This document shows, in pieces, positions 28,720-39,818 of a stretch of 64,000 bases of DNA (the stretch's first letter is position 1; each line of letters opens with the position of its first letter). The notes beneath the pieces are model-generated. The model was not told the DNA's origin, ran no database searches, and was given only the letters and a program-made list of their open reading frames with translations. Both the position numbers and the translations under genes were made by a program. Origin of the DNA: Nitrosopumilus sp. (GTDB lineage: Archaea; Thermoproteota; Nitrososphaeria; Nitrososphaerales; Nitrosopumilaceae); assembly GCA_965219345.1 (NCBI GenBank), contig OZ244732.1:1312001-1376000 (forward strand). The letters run 5' to 3'.

Positions 28720-29375
28720 TGACAAGACTGATTGCTCCTTCCCTTGAAAAATTATCTCAAATAATGTCTGAGATGGGAGATGCTGCAATAGAATGTATTT
28801 CATTAGCTGTTGATTCCTACCTTGAAGGGAAAAATACTACTAATCAAGTTCATGAACTATCTGATTCAATTCGCAACAAGTACTTTGAAGTCGAAGACTT
28901 GATTTTTGATATGCTTTTGAAATATCAACCAGTAGCTGATGATTTTAGAATGATTCGCTCTTCTACTGAAATATCATATGCATTTTCAAGATTTGGAAGA
29001 TATGCCTATGACATTACACAAGTACGAGACTTGTTTGGTGATATTTCTGAATGTACAAATGCATCACTGTTTGAAATAACAAAAAAAGTGAAACACATGA
29101 TCAAAGAAGCTATTCTCTCTTTTGCAGAACTAGATGTTAGAAAAGCTGTAAAAATTCAAGAAGATGAAGCATTCATTGATAAAATATACAAAGAAAGACT
29201 GACAAAACTAATAGAGTCTAATAATACTAAATATGCATTAGCTGAAGCATTGCTCTTGAGGTATCTTGAAAGAATTGGAGACCATGCAGTTTTCATGAGT
29301 GATGCCATTAACTATATCGTTACAGGAAAACACAAACCAAGCGAAAAAAGAATAACATCTCATACAAAACCCTGA
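28719..29375 (+). CDS. phoU: Phosphate uptake regulator PhoU
   Basis: YQPVADDFR, RYLERIGDHA; follows pstB. Confidence 0.9.
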   Translation: MTRLIAPSLEKLSQIMSEMGDAAIECISLAVDSYLEGKNTTNQVHELSDSIRNKYFEVEDLIFDMLLKYQPVADDFRMIRSSTEISYAFSRFGRYAYDITQVRDLFGDISECTNASLFEITKKVKHMIKEAILSFAELDVRKAVKIQEDEAFIDKIYKERLTKLIESNNTKYALAEALLLRYLERIGDHAVFMSDAINYIVTGKHKPSEKRITSHTKP

Positions 29376-29499
29376 TTATGTGGGAGCATATGTTTTACAA
29401 CTAGTCTCCATGTAGATCTATGTAAAATATCAAAAATACCATCATGAATCTTATCATTCTCATATTCTAATTACATGGTGTCTTGATGCCCTCACCAAG

Positions 29500-29895
29500 T
29501 CTGGAGCGAAATTTGAAAATCTCAAACCTGTGTCAAGATATCCTATCAATTCATCCCAAGACTCATTGTTTATCTTTTATCAATAGAAATGGTAGAATTA
29601 TTGAATCCACATTTCGTGATGATGGCAACAATACAGGTCTTGTCAAGAATTAGAAATGTTGTATACGCAATGTAAATTACAGTCATCTATGAATATGGAA
29701 TTTGAGGACAAACTAGGATATCTATCTTATACTCTAATTTGCAGGGAATCTACACTGGAATTTATTTTTCCATTTTATGATGGGATTATTTTTGTAAGTT
29801 TAGACAGAGACATTTCAATTCAGAATATTAGCAAAAAAATTTCAGAACTAATACTCAAGTTTGAATTTGATTCGGGAGCAGAGAATCTTCGATAA
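29500..29895 (+). pseudogene. Frameshifted DUF6659-like protein
   Basis: Upstream frame reads ...FINRNGRIIES; downstream ORF EFEDKLGYLSY..; boundaries approximate. Confidence 0.4.
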
Positions 29896-30144
29896 AAATG
29901 CCTGATGAATCATGCAGAAAATGTGGAGCTCCACTTCACTTTCATACTAAATGTAGAAGCTGCAAAGTAACAATAACAGATATCTGCTTAAAATGTGGTG
30001 CAAAGACCTTGCCACGATATCACGTTTGTTCACCAAATATGACAACTGTATCCTTGTGTTGATGTAATTTTACTTCAAAATTGACCAATAAAACCCCGAA
30101 AAGCATTCCTTTTGATTAAATAACGCCTGAAAATAGTTTGATTT

Positions 30145-30786
30145 GTGGATTTTGTTGAATTATTCCCATTTGCTCCCGAAGTGGGGTATCTTAGTTTAGC
30201 TTTAGTCAATTTCTTTGGTTCTCTTGTACCCTTTGTTCCTTTGCCAGGATTTCTGTTGCTTGCTACAATGTCAGTTGGTGACAAGTTTGATTTGCATGTT
30301 TTAGCAATACTGTCAGCACTTACTGCTACTGCAGCAAAACAAATCATCTTTTTTGCTAGTTACGGTGGAAGAAAAATAATTAGTGAAAAAACCCGAAAGA
30401 GAATGCGCCCATTTGAGAGATTAGTCAAGAAATATGGTGCGGCTGCTGCATTTTTTGCTGCAGCAACTCCGATCCCTGATGATTTAGTATATGTTCCGTT
30501 AGGACTGGCAAAATATAACCCAAAAAGATTCTTTATTGCAACTCTCACTGGCAAATTTGTACTTAGTTACACGATAGTTTTTGTTTCTCATTATCTTGGA
30601 TTATCTCTAGTTGAACCTTTCTTGGATGGTATTGACAATGCAACCCCAATTTACATTGGAATTATTATTTTTGGAGCAATGATGACAGCAGTAATAATTT
30701 TGCTTTTGAGATTGGATTGGGCAAGAATTCTTGGGAAATTTGCTCCATGGACTTTGGATGAGAACAATGAAGATGAAACTAATTAA
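30145..30786 (+). CDS. DedA/VTT (SNARE-associated) membrane protein
   Basis: AATPIPDDLVYVPLGL..Y...RFF..TLTGKF. Confidence 0.85.
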   Translation: MDFVELFPFAPEVGYLSLALVNFFGSLVPFVPLPGFLLLATMSVGDKFDLHVLAILSALTATAAKQIIFFASYGGRKIISEKTRKRMRPFERLVKKYGAAAAFFAAATPIPDDLVYVPLGLAKYNPKRFFIATLTGKFVLSYTIVFVSHYLGLSLVEPFLDGIDNATPIYIGIIIFGAMMTAVIILLLRLDWARILGKFAPWTLDENNEDETN

Positions 30787-31340
30787 ATTTCTATTTTAAA
30801 ATTCCATAACTTTTCAGTTGCTTCTTTAATTCCTATTCTAGACGATGCAGAAATTTTTTTTGGTTTTATCCCCTCTGTAATGAATAACTCTGAATGTTTT
30901 GTCAAATCTATACCATAATGTTCCTTAGTAATTTCTAAGGCTTGAGTTAATTTTGCTGGTCCGTTTGTAAGACTTTTCAAATTTTGAATCTTTCTGTTTT
31001 TTTGCATTATTTTGATTCCCTTTTCAGGTTCAATTGCACGAATAAGAACTGCGCCTGCTTCAATTTTTGGATGCTTTGCTACAACGTTAAAGCAATAATG
31101 CATTCCATAGGTAAAATAAACGTATGATATTCCAACATTTCCGAACATCACTCTGTTTCTATCAGTAATTTTTCTAAATGCGTGACTTGCGGGATCATCT
31201 TTGTGCCTGTATGCCTCCGCTTCTTTAATTATCCCTGATACTTCATGCCTCCCTATTTTTCTGACAATTCTTTTTCCTAGAAGATTTTTTGCGACAATAA
31301 CTGTGTCTTTTAGATAAAATTTTCTAGGAAGTATATTCAA
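30783..31340 (-). CDS. mpg: 3-methyladenine DNA glycosylase (MPG/AAG)
   Basis: EAEAY...DPASH, YVYFTYGMHYCFN, AVLIRA, GPAKLTQAL, RIGI. Confidence 0.93.
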   Translation of the reverse strand: MNILPRKFYLKDTVIVAKNLLGKRIVRKIGRHEVSGIIKEAEAYRHKDDPASHAFRKITDRNRVMFGNVGISYVYFTYGMHYCFNVVAKHPKIEAGAVLIRAIEPEKGIKIMQKNRKIQNLKSLTNGPAKLTQALEITKEHYGIDLTKHSELFITEGIKPKKISASSRIGIKEATEKLWNFKIEI

Positions 31341-31917
31341 TATCTATGGTTACTTTTTTACCATTTTTTAATTCTCTGATCAAATCAAACAGTTTCACAA
31401 TATCTGCATTTAGTATCTCAATTAATCCTTGATTGTATATTGTAGCAGCTGGATGAACTGTTAGGAAATACAACTGATTGTCTTTTCGTACTATTTTGCC
31501 TCTAAATTTTGTAATCTCTGATCCGCCCAGAATTGAATTAAATGCGGTATTTCCTAAAATACAGATTATTTTTGGTTTGATTATGGAAATTTCTTGTTTT
31601 AGATATTCCTGACACGTATTTCGCTCAATTGTATTTGGAACTCTGTTGTTTGGTGGTCTACATTTTACAATGTTTGTTATGTATACTGAATCTCTTGAGA
31701 TTCCTACTTCATCTAGTGCAATAGAGAGTTTTTTTCCTGCCACTCCGACAAATGGCTCCCCCCTACTGTCCTCATTTCTTCCAGGTGCTTCCCCAACAAA
31801 GATTACGTCGGATTGAAAATTTCCTTTACCTGGCACTGCGTTAGTTCTTGTTTTACACAGATCACACTTGGTACATTTTATGACGTTTTGTTTAATTGTC
31901 TCTAATTCTTGGCTCAT
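31324..31917 (-). CDS. udg: Family 4 uracil-DNA glycosylase
   Basis: CTKC.LC, GEAPG, PFVG, NIVKCRPPNNR, HPA. Confidence 0.93.
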   Translation of the reverse strand: MSQELETIKQNVIKCTKCDLCKTRTNAVPGKGNFQSDVIFVGEAPGRNEDSRGEPFVGVAGKKLSIALDEVGISRDSVYITNIVKCRPPNNRVPNTIERNTCQEYLKQEISIIKPKIICILGNTAFNSILGGSEITKFRGKIVRKDNQLYFLTVHPAATIYNQGLIEILNADIVKLFDLIRELKNGKKVTIDIEYTS

Positions 31918-31920
31918 TTT

Positions 31921-33342
31921 TTAGTTTACACTCTTTACTGTTGCAGTTCCTCGTATAGATGGACCGCCATTTCCCATTATCATAGATTGCATAGGATCTC
32001 CTTTTCCACAATTAGTTATTGGTCTTACGGTAAAATCATTTCCACAAGCATCGATTGATTCGAAAAATTCTGGAGCTATGCCAGTTACAATCACATCTCT
32101 TAACAAATCAGTAATTTCTCCATTCTCAATTCTTTGTGCGTACTGACACGAAATACTCCAATTGTATCGTTTCATGTCAATTGATGGAATTTTCATATTT
32201 GATATTAGATATCCATTTTTGACTCCCTTTACCATCTCCTCTACATTCCAATCCCCATTATCAATACAGGTACATGCCATACGAATCAAAGGCATGAATC
32301 TGTAGTTTGTTGCTCTCATGTTTCCAGTAGATGGAGTGTTAAAAATTTCTGCAGTCTCTCTATTTTGCATATGATTTTTTAAAACACCACTTTCAATAAG
32401 CGTAGTTTTTTTAGTTTTAACGCCCTCATCATCAAAATAATACCATCCTAAACTATCTTTGATGGTGGGATCATCAAAGACATTTAATTTGTCTGAGCCA
32501 ATTTTTTCTCCAATCTTTCCCTTCCACCATGCGCCGCCAGCCCATGCCATCTCTTTTCCTAAAACTCTATCCGCTTCAGATGGATGACCCAATATCTCAT
32601 GTGTAAGTAATGACACAAAATCTGGGTTCATTACTACTGTTGCTTTTTCTTCTTTTGCTGGTTTCGCGTCAATCAGTTGAGATGCCTTTGAAGCAATCTC
32701 TTGTGCACTATGTTGAATCTTATTATTTTCTGTGATTTGTTCCATTCCGCCTCTACCTCCTTCTGCTATGTTTACTGATTGTGTAAGTCCTGATTCATGA
32801 GATGTAGCTACCATATCCACTATCGTATCTGTATAATTTTGTATAATTTCTGAACCTTCACTATTTACAAAATATTTTGAGTTAACTACATATCCTGAAC
32901 TGATAATTGACTTGATGATTCTTGGTGTGTCTGAAATAATTTTGTTACATTCAAACCCTATTGACATTAATTCTTCTAATTCTGGTTTTTTTAAAACTGG
33001 AAAATCTATCTTAGCTTTATTAGTAGAATTCGGGTATAGTTTAATTTCATTTTTTTCATTTTTAGAATAATGTAACGAATTTCTTAAAACTTCATTAACC
33101 CCTTCTTTGATTTGTTGGAAAGAATTTGGATTTGTGATTGAACAAAAACTCCATGCACCTTTTTTTATTAATCTGATACCGATACCAACATCCTTCCTAT
33201 CTCTGACATATTCTATTTCTCCATCCTCTATGAGTATTGATTTTATTTCTTGTTGCTCAGCTCTGGCATCACAATATTGAGCACCAGAATCCATTGCGTA
33301 TCTAATCGCTTTATCCGCCAGGTCTTGTAGGCCTAAATCCAT
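31921..33342 (-). CDS. tldD: TldD/PmbA-family metalloprotease
   Basis: HEILGHPSEADR, DDEG, RM, CGKGDPMQ. Confidence 0.9.
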   Translation of the reverse strand: MDLGLQDLADKAIRYAMDSGAQYCDARAEQQEIKSILIEDGEIEYVRDRKDVGIGIRLIKKGAWSFCSITNPNSFQQIKEGVNEVLRNSLHYSKNEKNEIKLYPNSTNKAKIDFPVLKKPELEELMSIGFECNKIISDTPRIIKSIISSGYVVNSKYFVNSEGSEIIQNYTDTIVDMVATSHESGLTQSVNIAEGGRGGMEQITENNKIQHSAQEIASKASQLIDAKPAKEEKATVVMNPDFVSLLTHEILGHPSEADRVLGKEMAWAGGAWWKGKIGEKIGSDKLNVFDDPTIKDSLGWYYFDDEGVKTKKTTLIESGVLKNHMQNRETAEIFNTPSTGNMRATNYRFMPLIRMACTCIDNGDWNVEEMVKGVKNGYLISNMKIPSIDMKRYNWSISCQYAQRIENGEITDLLRDVIVTGIAPEFFESIDACGNDFTVRPITNCGKGDPMQSMIMGNGGPSIRGTATVKSVN

Positions 33343-33719
33343 GATTTATGAAATTTAAAGGGACTCGTAAACCTTCTGTATTCTAATTATTTGAAATTGC
33401 AGGCATAGTGAAATAATATTCATCTTCAAAGTCATAATCTATTGTACCTTTTTTACGTAAAAATTCAAAATACACAATACAATTTTTATAAAATTCATTA
33501 TTTTTTTTGTGTTCCCTTTCCATGTCCTCTATATTGAAATCTACATTTTTTTAAGAGAGTGAGTGATTTTAGATCTAAAAGATTGCTTTCTTTACGCAGA
33601 ACCTACAGGAACTTTTGTTACCTCAGATGGTTTTTTTGGGATTGTAAACGAAAATGTGGAATCCTTGATTTGGAATACTGTTCATGGAAATCTGCCCATC
33701 ATGACTCCCAACTATTCCC

Positions 33720-34712
33720 TTACAAATGACCAATCTCATGACCAATTACATTTCCAATTAGATCTTCTTGTTCACACATTACATTTACAGCTACAAATGC
33801 ATTGACTTCATCACCTAGAATATCAGCAGCTAATCCACAATTACCTGTAATTCCTGTACCTATTTTATTTAACAAAACTCCAAGGTCTGCATCTTCATTA
33901 TCTCTAACAGCATTACCGCGTTCCATGTAACCATCATTTACTGTAATTAATCTATCAAGATCAGTATTCATACTGACTTCAACATAATTACCACCTCCCG
34001 AATTAGTACCAACTGAGTCAATTTCAACATTAACTAGTTGTATAGGAATATTACTTTCTGCAAAGGCAATGTTAGTTTTATCAATTCCTTGATTTGCCAT
34101 TAGACGAAGATTTGTATTTCCTTTTTCAGTGAATGCATTTGGGGTATAGAGGAAAATTATATCTACAATAATGTCATCGACTTGATCATCACTGTATTCA
34201 AAAGGAGGAAATGATGCAATAATGCTCTCCCAGTTTGGATTTTCATTATTTGGACTAGTGGCATGTAGACCAACGTCATCACTAAGATCTAAATTATTTT
34301 CATAATAACCAATTTGGTGATTTAATGCAGTAGGAGTTAAGATATAGTTTTGACCAAGAAGACTAATTTCTGCCCGTGCTTGATCTCCAAAAACAGTTAC
34401 AAAGACATTATTTTTAGAATCAGTTGTACTTCCAACATATGTGTAATCTGTGCTGTTTCTAAAGATTGTTTGTTCATGTGTAATTTCCAAAGTATCTCCA
34501 AAAATACTTAGATTCATTCTCTCAGAAGTTAGTGCAGAAGGATTAATGTTAACATTAATTACATTTGAAGGAATGCGATCGATTTTGTGATTTAATGCAG
34601 TTGCTACAGTAATTTCAGATATGAATTCAGGATTTGCAGCAAATGAATCGTGTATCCCAATACTAGTGATTAAAACAAAAATTGTTGCAATAAATAGAAA
34701 AGATGTTTTCAT
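33720..34712 (-). pseudogene. Secreted reprolysin-like (M12B/zincin) metalloprotease, truncated at the HExxH motif
   Basis: Signal peptide; DIIFLYTP, ADLGVLL, CGLA, HEIGHL then stop before the third His ligand. Confidence 0.7.
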
Positions 34713-34713
34713 T

Positions 34714-35898
34714 TTACATTATACCTCCATTTGCAAGATACAATGGTTCACCAGTTAGAGCATTAATATTAGCATACCAATCTGATGGTTTGTGCATAGG
34801 TTGATTTACTTCACAGTGACCTGCATAAATTGAATAAATTGGTGTACCGTGAATAATTTTTAAAGATGTTTGCCAATCATAGGTACCAAATTCTTCATTA
34901 TAAATTAAATTACAACTAGGATCAGTTAATTCATCAAACAATATAGCATAATCTTTTCCAATTTGTTTTGCTTCTTCATAATCATAAAGTTCTACCTCAT
35001 CGAGATTCGCATACCAATCTCTTATATGAATACTTGTATGCATGCCATCAGTATAGGTCCCAATTCCACTATATTCAACAAAAATATTATCCTTGACTTG
35101 AACAAACCAATATTTATCACTATCAGGTGCAAGTCTTTCCTTTAACACCTCATACGTAATAGGATAGCCGAGTTCTTGTTGGAACATTAAAGTAAAATCT
35201 TTAACAACTTTATTTTGTATTTTGTGTTCCCCCATAAGCTTGTAACTAACAAGATCTCCTCCGGTAGGTGATCCTCTGATTTGAATGGTTCCTTTAATTG
35301 TTTCATAATTAGTGCCATTGTCGGGTGTTTGATATTGACTAGTAATTTCATCATCTGTAATAGATGTTATTTTCTGTGCTAATTCATTGCGATCCCAAGC
35401 AGATATCTCAAAGGCGTGTTTTATGATGCTAGTTTTAGGAATATAATCCATAACATTTTCAGGATCAATAATTAGTTGAATTTCATTATTTTCTTTAGAA
35501 ATAGGTTTTTCGTTTATCTGAGGATCAGGTATATGTGTGACAAATTCTTCTACTGTTTCTTCAGTGGATTCTAAATCAGTTTCTTCAGAAATAGAATGTA
35601 TTGATAATGGAATTTGTATTTCCCACCCGAGTCTTTCAGATGTCTTTTCAGATACACACGCAACATTTCCATTGGTGCGAAGCACAAGTACTCTGTTCTC
35701 TCTACACTGTATCTCTTCAGGCAACACGCCTTGTTCTATCTGTTTTCTTGGGCTTTGTATTGTATTTTGTGCCATCATCTCACTTTCAGAAAATGAAAAT
35801 GGTATAGAGCCTGAAAATACAGTAATTCCAAGAAATACTGCCAGAATTTGTCTATTACTAGTCATTATTATGTAAAAATATACAAATCGTTTAACCAT
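34714..35898 (-). CDS. Secreted hypothetical protein
   Basis: Signal peptide; SPRKQ..G..PEEIQC...ACVS motif; PepSY-like C-terminus INALTGEP. Confidence 0.7.
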   Translation of the reverse strand: MVKRFVYFYIIMTSNRQILAVFLGITVFSGSIPFSFSESEMMAQNTIQSPRKQIEQGVLPEEIQCRENRVLVLRTNGNVACVSEKTSERLGWEIQIPLSIHSISEETDLESTEETVEEFVTHIPDPQINEKPISKENNEIQLIIDPENVMDYIPKTSIIKHAFEISAWDRNELAQKITSITDDEITSQYQTPDNGTNYETIKGTIQIRGSPTGGDLVSYKLMGEHKIQNKVVKDFTLMFQQELGYPITYEVLKERLAPDSDKYWFVQVKDNIFVEYSGIGTYTDGMHTSIHIRDWYANLDEVELYDYEEAKQIGKDYAILFDELTDPSCNLIYNEEFGTYDWQTSLKIIHGTPIYSIYAGHCEVNQPMHKPSDWYANINALTGEPLYLANGGIM

Positions 35899-35918
35899 TA
35901 CTAGAAATTTGGATGTGT

Positions 35919-36962
35919 TGTAGTATATGAAAACTCGGTCCGCTAGTCATCTGCATCCTTCTCCATCCATTGCGGGTCGCCTTCCCTGATCGCGTCCGTG
36001 GCCTTTTTGTCCGAGAACGCCCTCAGCGGGGTCTGGTAGTTGTCAATGTCAAGGGAGAAGTGCAGCCTCTCCTCGTTGTAGTATTCCATGTACGCAGACA
36101 GGCTCTCATAGTGGAATATCTCGTCCTCTATGCTGCGGTGGAACCTCTCAAGCTTCCCGTTGGTCTGGGGATGGTACGGCCTGGAGTTTATCAGCTCGAT
36201 GCCGCAGTCGAGCAGCTCGGCCTCAAAGGCAGTAGCCTTCCACGCTTTTGCGGGCGGCGCCTTCCTGCGGCCGCCGCGGCCGACAAAGCATGAACCGTTG
36301 TCTGAGAGGATCGTGGCAGGCGTGCCGAACCTGCCTATTGCGTCCCTGAGCACCAGTACTGCGTTCTCGGATGTGGCCTGCGTGAAGACCTGCGAGGCCA
36401 CGACGCACCTTGAGGCGTCATCAAGATACGTGACCAGCTGGAGGCCCCGAAACCGCGGGTCCTTCATCTCGTGCCAGTCGACATGCCACATGGCATTGGA
36501 ATACCTGCGCTCATAGCGCACCCACTTACGCTTCCTTGATTTTGCAGCAGACGGCACGACTGAGCCGCTCTTCTTCAATATACGGTATACTGCATGGTAG
36601 CTTATATCATGATTCTTCCTGAGATCCCTTGCGGTACGCACCACCCCCACCGGACGCCTCCGGTGCGCCCATGTCACGAGCCGCATCCGGGATGCGGTGA
36701 TGCAGAGGCGCGGCCTACCCATCCTTGCGCGGGTGGTGCCGGTCCTCTGAAACCTCGCCCACAGCCTCCGCACGTGCCTGGCAGTGATGCCGAGGTCCCT
36801 TGCCACTTGGGATGAGGACGAACCCTTCCTGCGCTGCCTTACCAGATACTGCCTGGACTCTTCTGTCAGTCTCTTTGTCATGGACTTTCGTGATCGGTAC
36901 AGGCTAAAATAATCGGCTACTGTCCTCTTGATCCTGTGCGGACCGACTTTGCGTACAATAGA
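35919..36962 (-). mobile_element. IS481-family insertion sequence, second type
   Basis: TGTAGTATATGAAAACTCGGTCCGC left end; imperfect inverted copy GCGGACCGACTTTGCGTACAATAGA at the right. Confidence 0.85.
35943..36881 (-). CDS. IS481-family transposase
   Basis: WHVDW, LDDASR, LSDNGSCF, PQTNGKLERF; probable start MTKRLTEESR. Confidence 0.88.
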   Translation of the reverse strand: MTKRLTEESRQYLVRQRRKGSSSSQVARDLGITARHVRRLWARFQRTGTTRARMGRPRLCITASRMRLVTWAHRRRPVGVVRTARDLRKNHDISYHAVYRILKKSGSVVPSAAKSRKRKWVRYERRYSNAMWHVDWHEMKDPRFRGLQLVTYLDDASRCVVASQVFTQATSENAVLVLRDAIGRFGTPATILSDNGSCFVGRGGRRKAPPAKAWKATAFEAELLDCGIELINSRPYHPQTNGKLERFHRSIEDEIFHYESLSAYMEYYNEERLHFSLDIDNYQTPLRAFSDKKATDAIREGDPQWMEKDADD

Positions 36963-37110
36963 ACGGGGTACGGCATCTTTGATGATGCCACGACCCAAAA
37001 CGCCCTCAAAGCGCTAGACGAGGCAGTTGAGAGCCACGGCAGGCCTACATCAGTCATGACCGACCACGGAAGCCAGTTCTATGCAAACAAGAAGGAGGAG
37101 AAGGGGAGTT
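36963..37110 (+). pseudogene. Fragment of a third IS481-type transposase
   Basis: TGYGIFDDATTQNALKAL..HGRPTSVMTDHGSQFYAN, homologous to the 7911-8999 core. Confidence 0.8.
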
Positions 37111-37165
37111 TTTACCTGATTCCCAATAATGAATATTTTTTATATGGAAAAATAAGTGAAATTTG

Positions 37166-37509
37166 ATGGTAAAAATACTCATTGCAGGTGATTCTGATGC
37201 AATTCGTTTAGTTTTAAAAGATATTTTAACAATTGAGAATCCTGAAGTAGGTGCTGAAGCAGTTGATCTTTATCAACAATATAATCCTCAAATTCCTCTT
37301 CTTGATTTGGCAATGCCAAAAAAGATGGTTTCGCAGTTGTAAAAGAAGTAATGAAATATGATTCCAATGCAAAAATAATTTTAATCACTGCAAATGATGA
37401 TCAAAAAGTCATCGCTCAATGTTTAAAATATGGTGCAAAATCTCACATTGCCAAACCCCTTGATTTTAATTCTGTCTTAAAATCCATTTCTGCACTTTTG
37501 GAAAATTAA
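37166..37509 (+). pseudogene. CheY-like response regulator, frameshifted in an A-run at ~37320
   Basis: MVKILIAGDS..., LLDLAMP|KKDG, LITA, GA..HIAKP. Confidence 0.7.
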
Positions 37510-37546
37510 TTTAGGGCATTAATTTATATCAAAATGGAAGGATAAT

Positions 37547-39367
37547 TTGTCAAAAATTGTTGCTGATACTAGTATCATAATTAATGGTCAACTTATTGCT
37601 CAGATAGAAGCAGGTTCAATTAGAAATTCTGAAATTATAATACCTCAAGCAGTTTTTGATGAATTACAATCTCAAGCGTCTAACAAAAAGGAACAGGGTT
37701 TTACTGGATTAGAAAAAATTCAAAAACTTAAAGAATTATCTGGCAGTTATGGGCTGAATATAGTTTTGAAGGGATCGCATCCCTCTACCGATGATATTAA
37801 ACTTGCAGATCGTGGTAGAATTGATGCCCTTATCACTGATTTGGCTAAACAAAACGATGCTGTTCTTTATACATCAGATAATGTTCAACATCTAGTTGCA
37901 CAAGCTGAAGATGTTGAAACAGTTTTTCTTAAACATGTAATTAAAGATGAAACATTAGAATTTCTGAAATTTTTTGATGCTGAGACAATGAGTGTTCATC
38001 TTAAAGAAAACCAATATCCTTTAGCAAAAAAAGGAAAACCTGGCACTTTTTCATTAACTACACTTAGTGATGATATTCTTTCAAGAGATTATTTGGAGTC
38101 AATTTCGTCACAAATCTTAGATGTGGCACATGCATCTGATTCAAGTAACATTGAGATCTCAAAGACTGGCGCATCTGTAATTCAACATGATGATTATCGT
38201 ATAGCAATCACCTGTCCTCCTTTTTCTGAATCTTTTGAAATAACAATTGTTCATCCAATCGTAAAATTATCTCTTGAAGATTATCAAATTTCTGATGAGT
38301 TAATGAAACGTTTCTCTGATAGAGCTGAAGGAATTGTGATTTCTGGTGCTCCGGGTTCTGGGAAAAGCACTCTTGCATCCGGACTTGCAAATTTTTATCA
38401 TAATAAGGGAAAAATTGTTAAAACATTTGAATCGCCCCGCGATTTGCAAGTTGATCCTGGAATTACTCAATATAGTAAATTAGATGGAAGTTTTGATAAC
38501 AGCGCTGACATTTTGTTACTTGTTCGTCCTGATTATACTATTTTTGACGAAATAAGAAGACGAGAAGATTTTAGAACATTCGCTGATTTGCGATTAACTG
38601 GTGTAGGAATGGTCGGTGTGGTTCATGCGAATTCCCCAATTGATGCAATTCAGCGTTTTATTGGAAAGATTGAACTTGGTATAATTCCAAGTGTATTGGA
38701 TACTGTAGTCTTTGTAAAAGATGGGAGAATTGAAAAAGTCTATGACTTGAAATTAAAAGTAAAGGTACCTTCTGGAATGACCGAATCTGATCTAGCAAGG
38801 CCTGTCATTGAAATTAGAAATTTTGCAGATAATGTTCTAGAACATGAAATCTACACATTCGGAGAAGAAAATGTTATTGTTCCCATTGCAAAAAGGGTTC
38901 AAAAAGTTGGAATTGAAAAACTTGCCGAAGATAAAATAAGAGAAACTTTCAAAAGATATGATCCTCACGCAGAAGTTGAAATTTTATCTGATAATAGAGT
39001 AAAAGTATTTGTAGATGAACAATGTATCCCGTCAATAATAGGAAGAGGAGGCTCAAACATCAATGAAATTGAAAAATTCCTCAAAGTCCATGTTGATGTT
39101 GTTCAAAAAGACTCTGATTATTCATCTAGAATGACGAATGATCTACCATTTACTTATTCAGAATCAAAAACTGCTCTGCTTCTAACCGTTAACAAAGAAT
39201 ATACTTCAATGCATGTAAATATCTCTGTTAATGACGAATATGTCACATCAGTAAGAATTGGTAAGAAAGGGCAGATAAAAATTCCAAAACGTTCTGATAT
39301 TGCAAGAAATCTTATGAGTCTTGCATCCTCGCAAAACGATATTCAAATATTCCTCAAAGATTTTTAA
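37547..39367 (+). CDS. PIN-domain ATPase with KH domains (PINA-type)
   Basis: VADTS PIN domain, GAPGSGKST, RPDYTIFDEIR, IIGRGGSNI KH. Confidence 0.9.
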   Translation: MSKIVADTSIIINGQLIAQIEAGSIRNSEIIIPQAVFDELQSQASNKKEQGFTGLEKIQKLKELSGSYGLNIVLKGSHPSTDDIKLADRGRIDALITDLAKQNDAVLYTSDNVQHLVAQAEDVETVFLKHVIKDETLEFLKFFDAETMSVHLKENQYPLAKKGKPGTFSLTTLSDDILSRDYLESISSQILDVAHASDSSNIEISKTGASVIQHDDYRIAITCPPFSESFEITIVHPIVKLSLEDYQISDELMKRFSDRAEGIVISGAPGSGKSTLASGLANFYHNKGKIVKTFESPRDLQVDPGITQYSKLDGSFDNSADILLLVRPDYTIFDEIRRREDFRTFADLRLTGVGMVGVVHANSPIDAIQRFIGKIELGIIPSVLDTVVFVKDGRIEKVYDLKLKVKVPSGMTESDLARPVIEIRNFADNVLEHEIYTFGEENVIVPIAKRVQKVGIEKLAEDKIRETFKRYDPHAEVEILSDNRVKVFVDEQCIPSIIGRGGSNINEIEKFLKVHVDVVQKDSDYSSRMTNDLPFTYSESKTALLLTVNKEYTSMHVNISVNDEYVTSVRIGKKGQIKIPKRSDIARNLMSLASSQNDIQIFLKDF

Positions 39368-39818
39368 AATTTTCAATTATCTTGGGATTTGCTTTAAGAA
39401 AAGTAATGAATTTTCTTAACTGCTTAATTGTTTTTGGGTTTAGGTGATGCTCAATTCCTTCTGTATCTTGATTTGCAGTCTCATATCCAACTCCTAAAAT
39501 TTCAAAAAATTCCAATAAAATTCCATGTTTTTGTCGGATTCCATCAGCTACCCGTACTCCTTTGTCTGTAAGATTAATTCCATGATATTTTTCATATTCT
39601 AAAAATCCATTCTCATCTAGTCTTTGAAGCATCTTAGTAACACTAGGTGCACTAACATCCATGTATCTTGAAATGTCCAAAGTAGTTGCGTAACCTTTCA
39701 GTTCAACTAATTCTGATATTATTTCCAAATAATCCTCCATCCTTGTACTTGATTGGGTTCTTTCTGAATGATGAGCTGCTTTAATTGAATCCAATCTTTT
39801 GGAATTTTTAGATTTCAT
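39354..39818 (-). CDS. DtxR/MntR-family metal-dependent regulator
   Basis: MEDYLE, VSAPSVTKML..L, RQKH..L..FF, EGIEHH. Confidence 0.9.
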   Translation of the reverse strand: MKSKNSKRLDSIKAAHHSERTQSSTRMEDYLEIISELVELKGYATTLDISRYMDVSAPSVTKMLQRLDENGFLEYEKYHGINLTDKGVRVADGIRQKHGILLEFFEILGVGYETANQDTEGIEHHLNPKTIKQLRKFITFLKANPKIIENFKNL

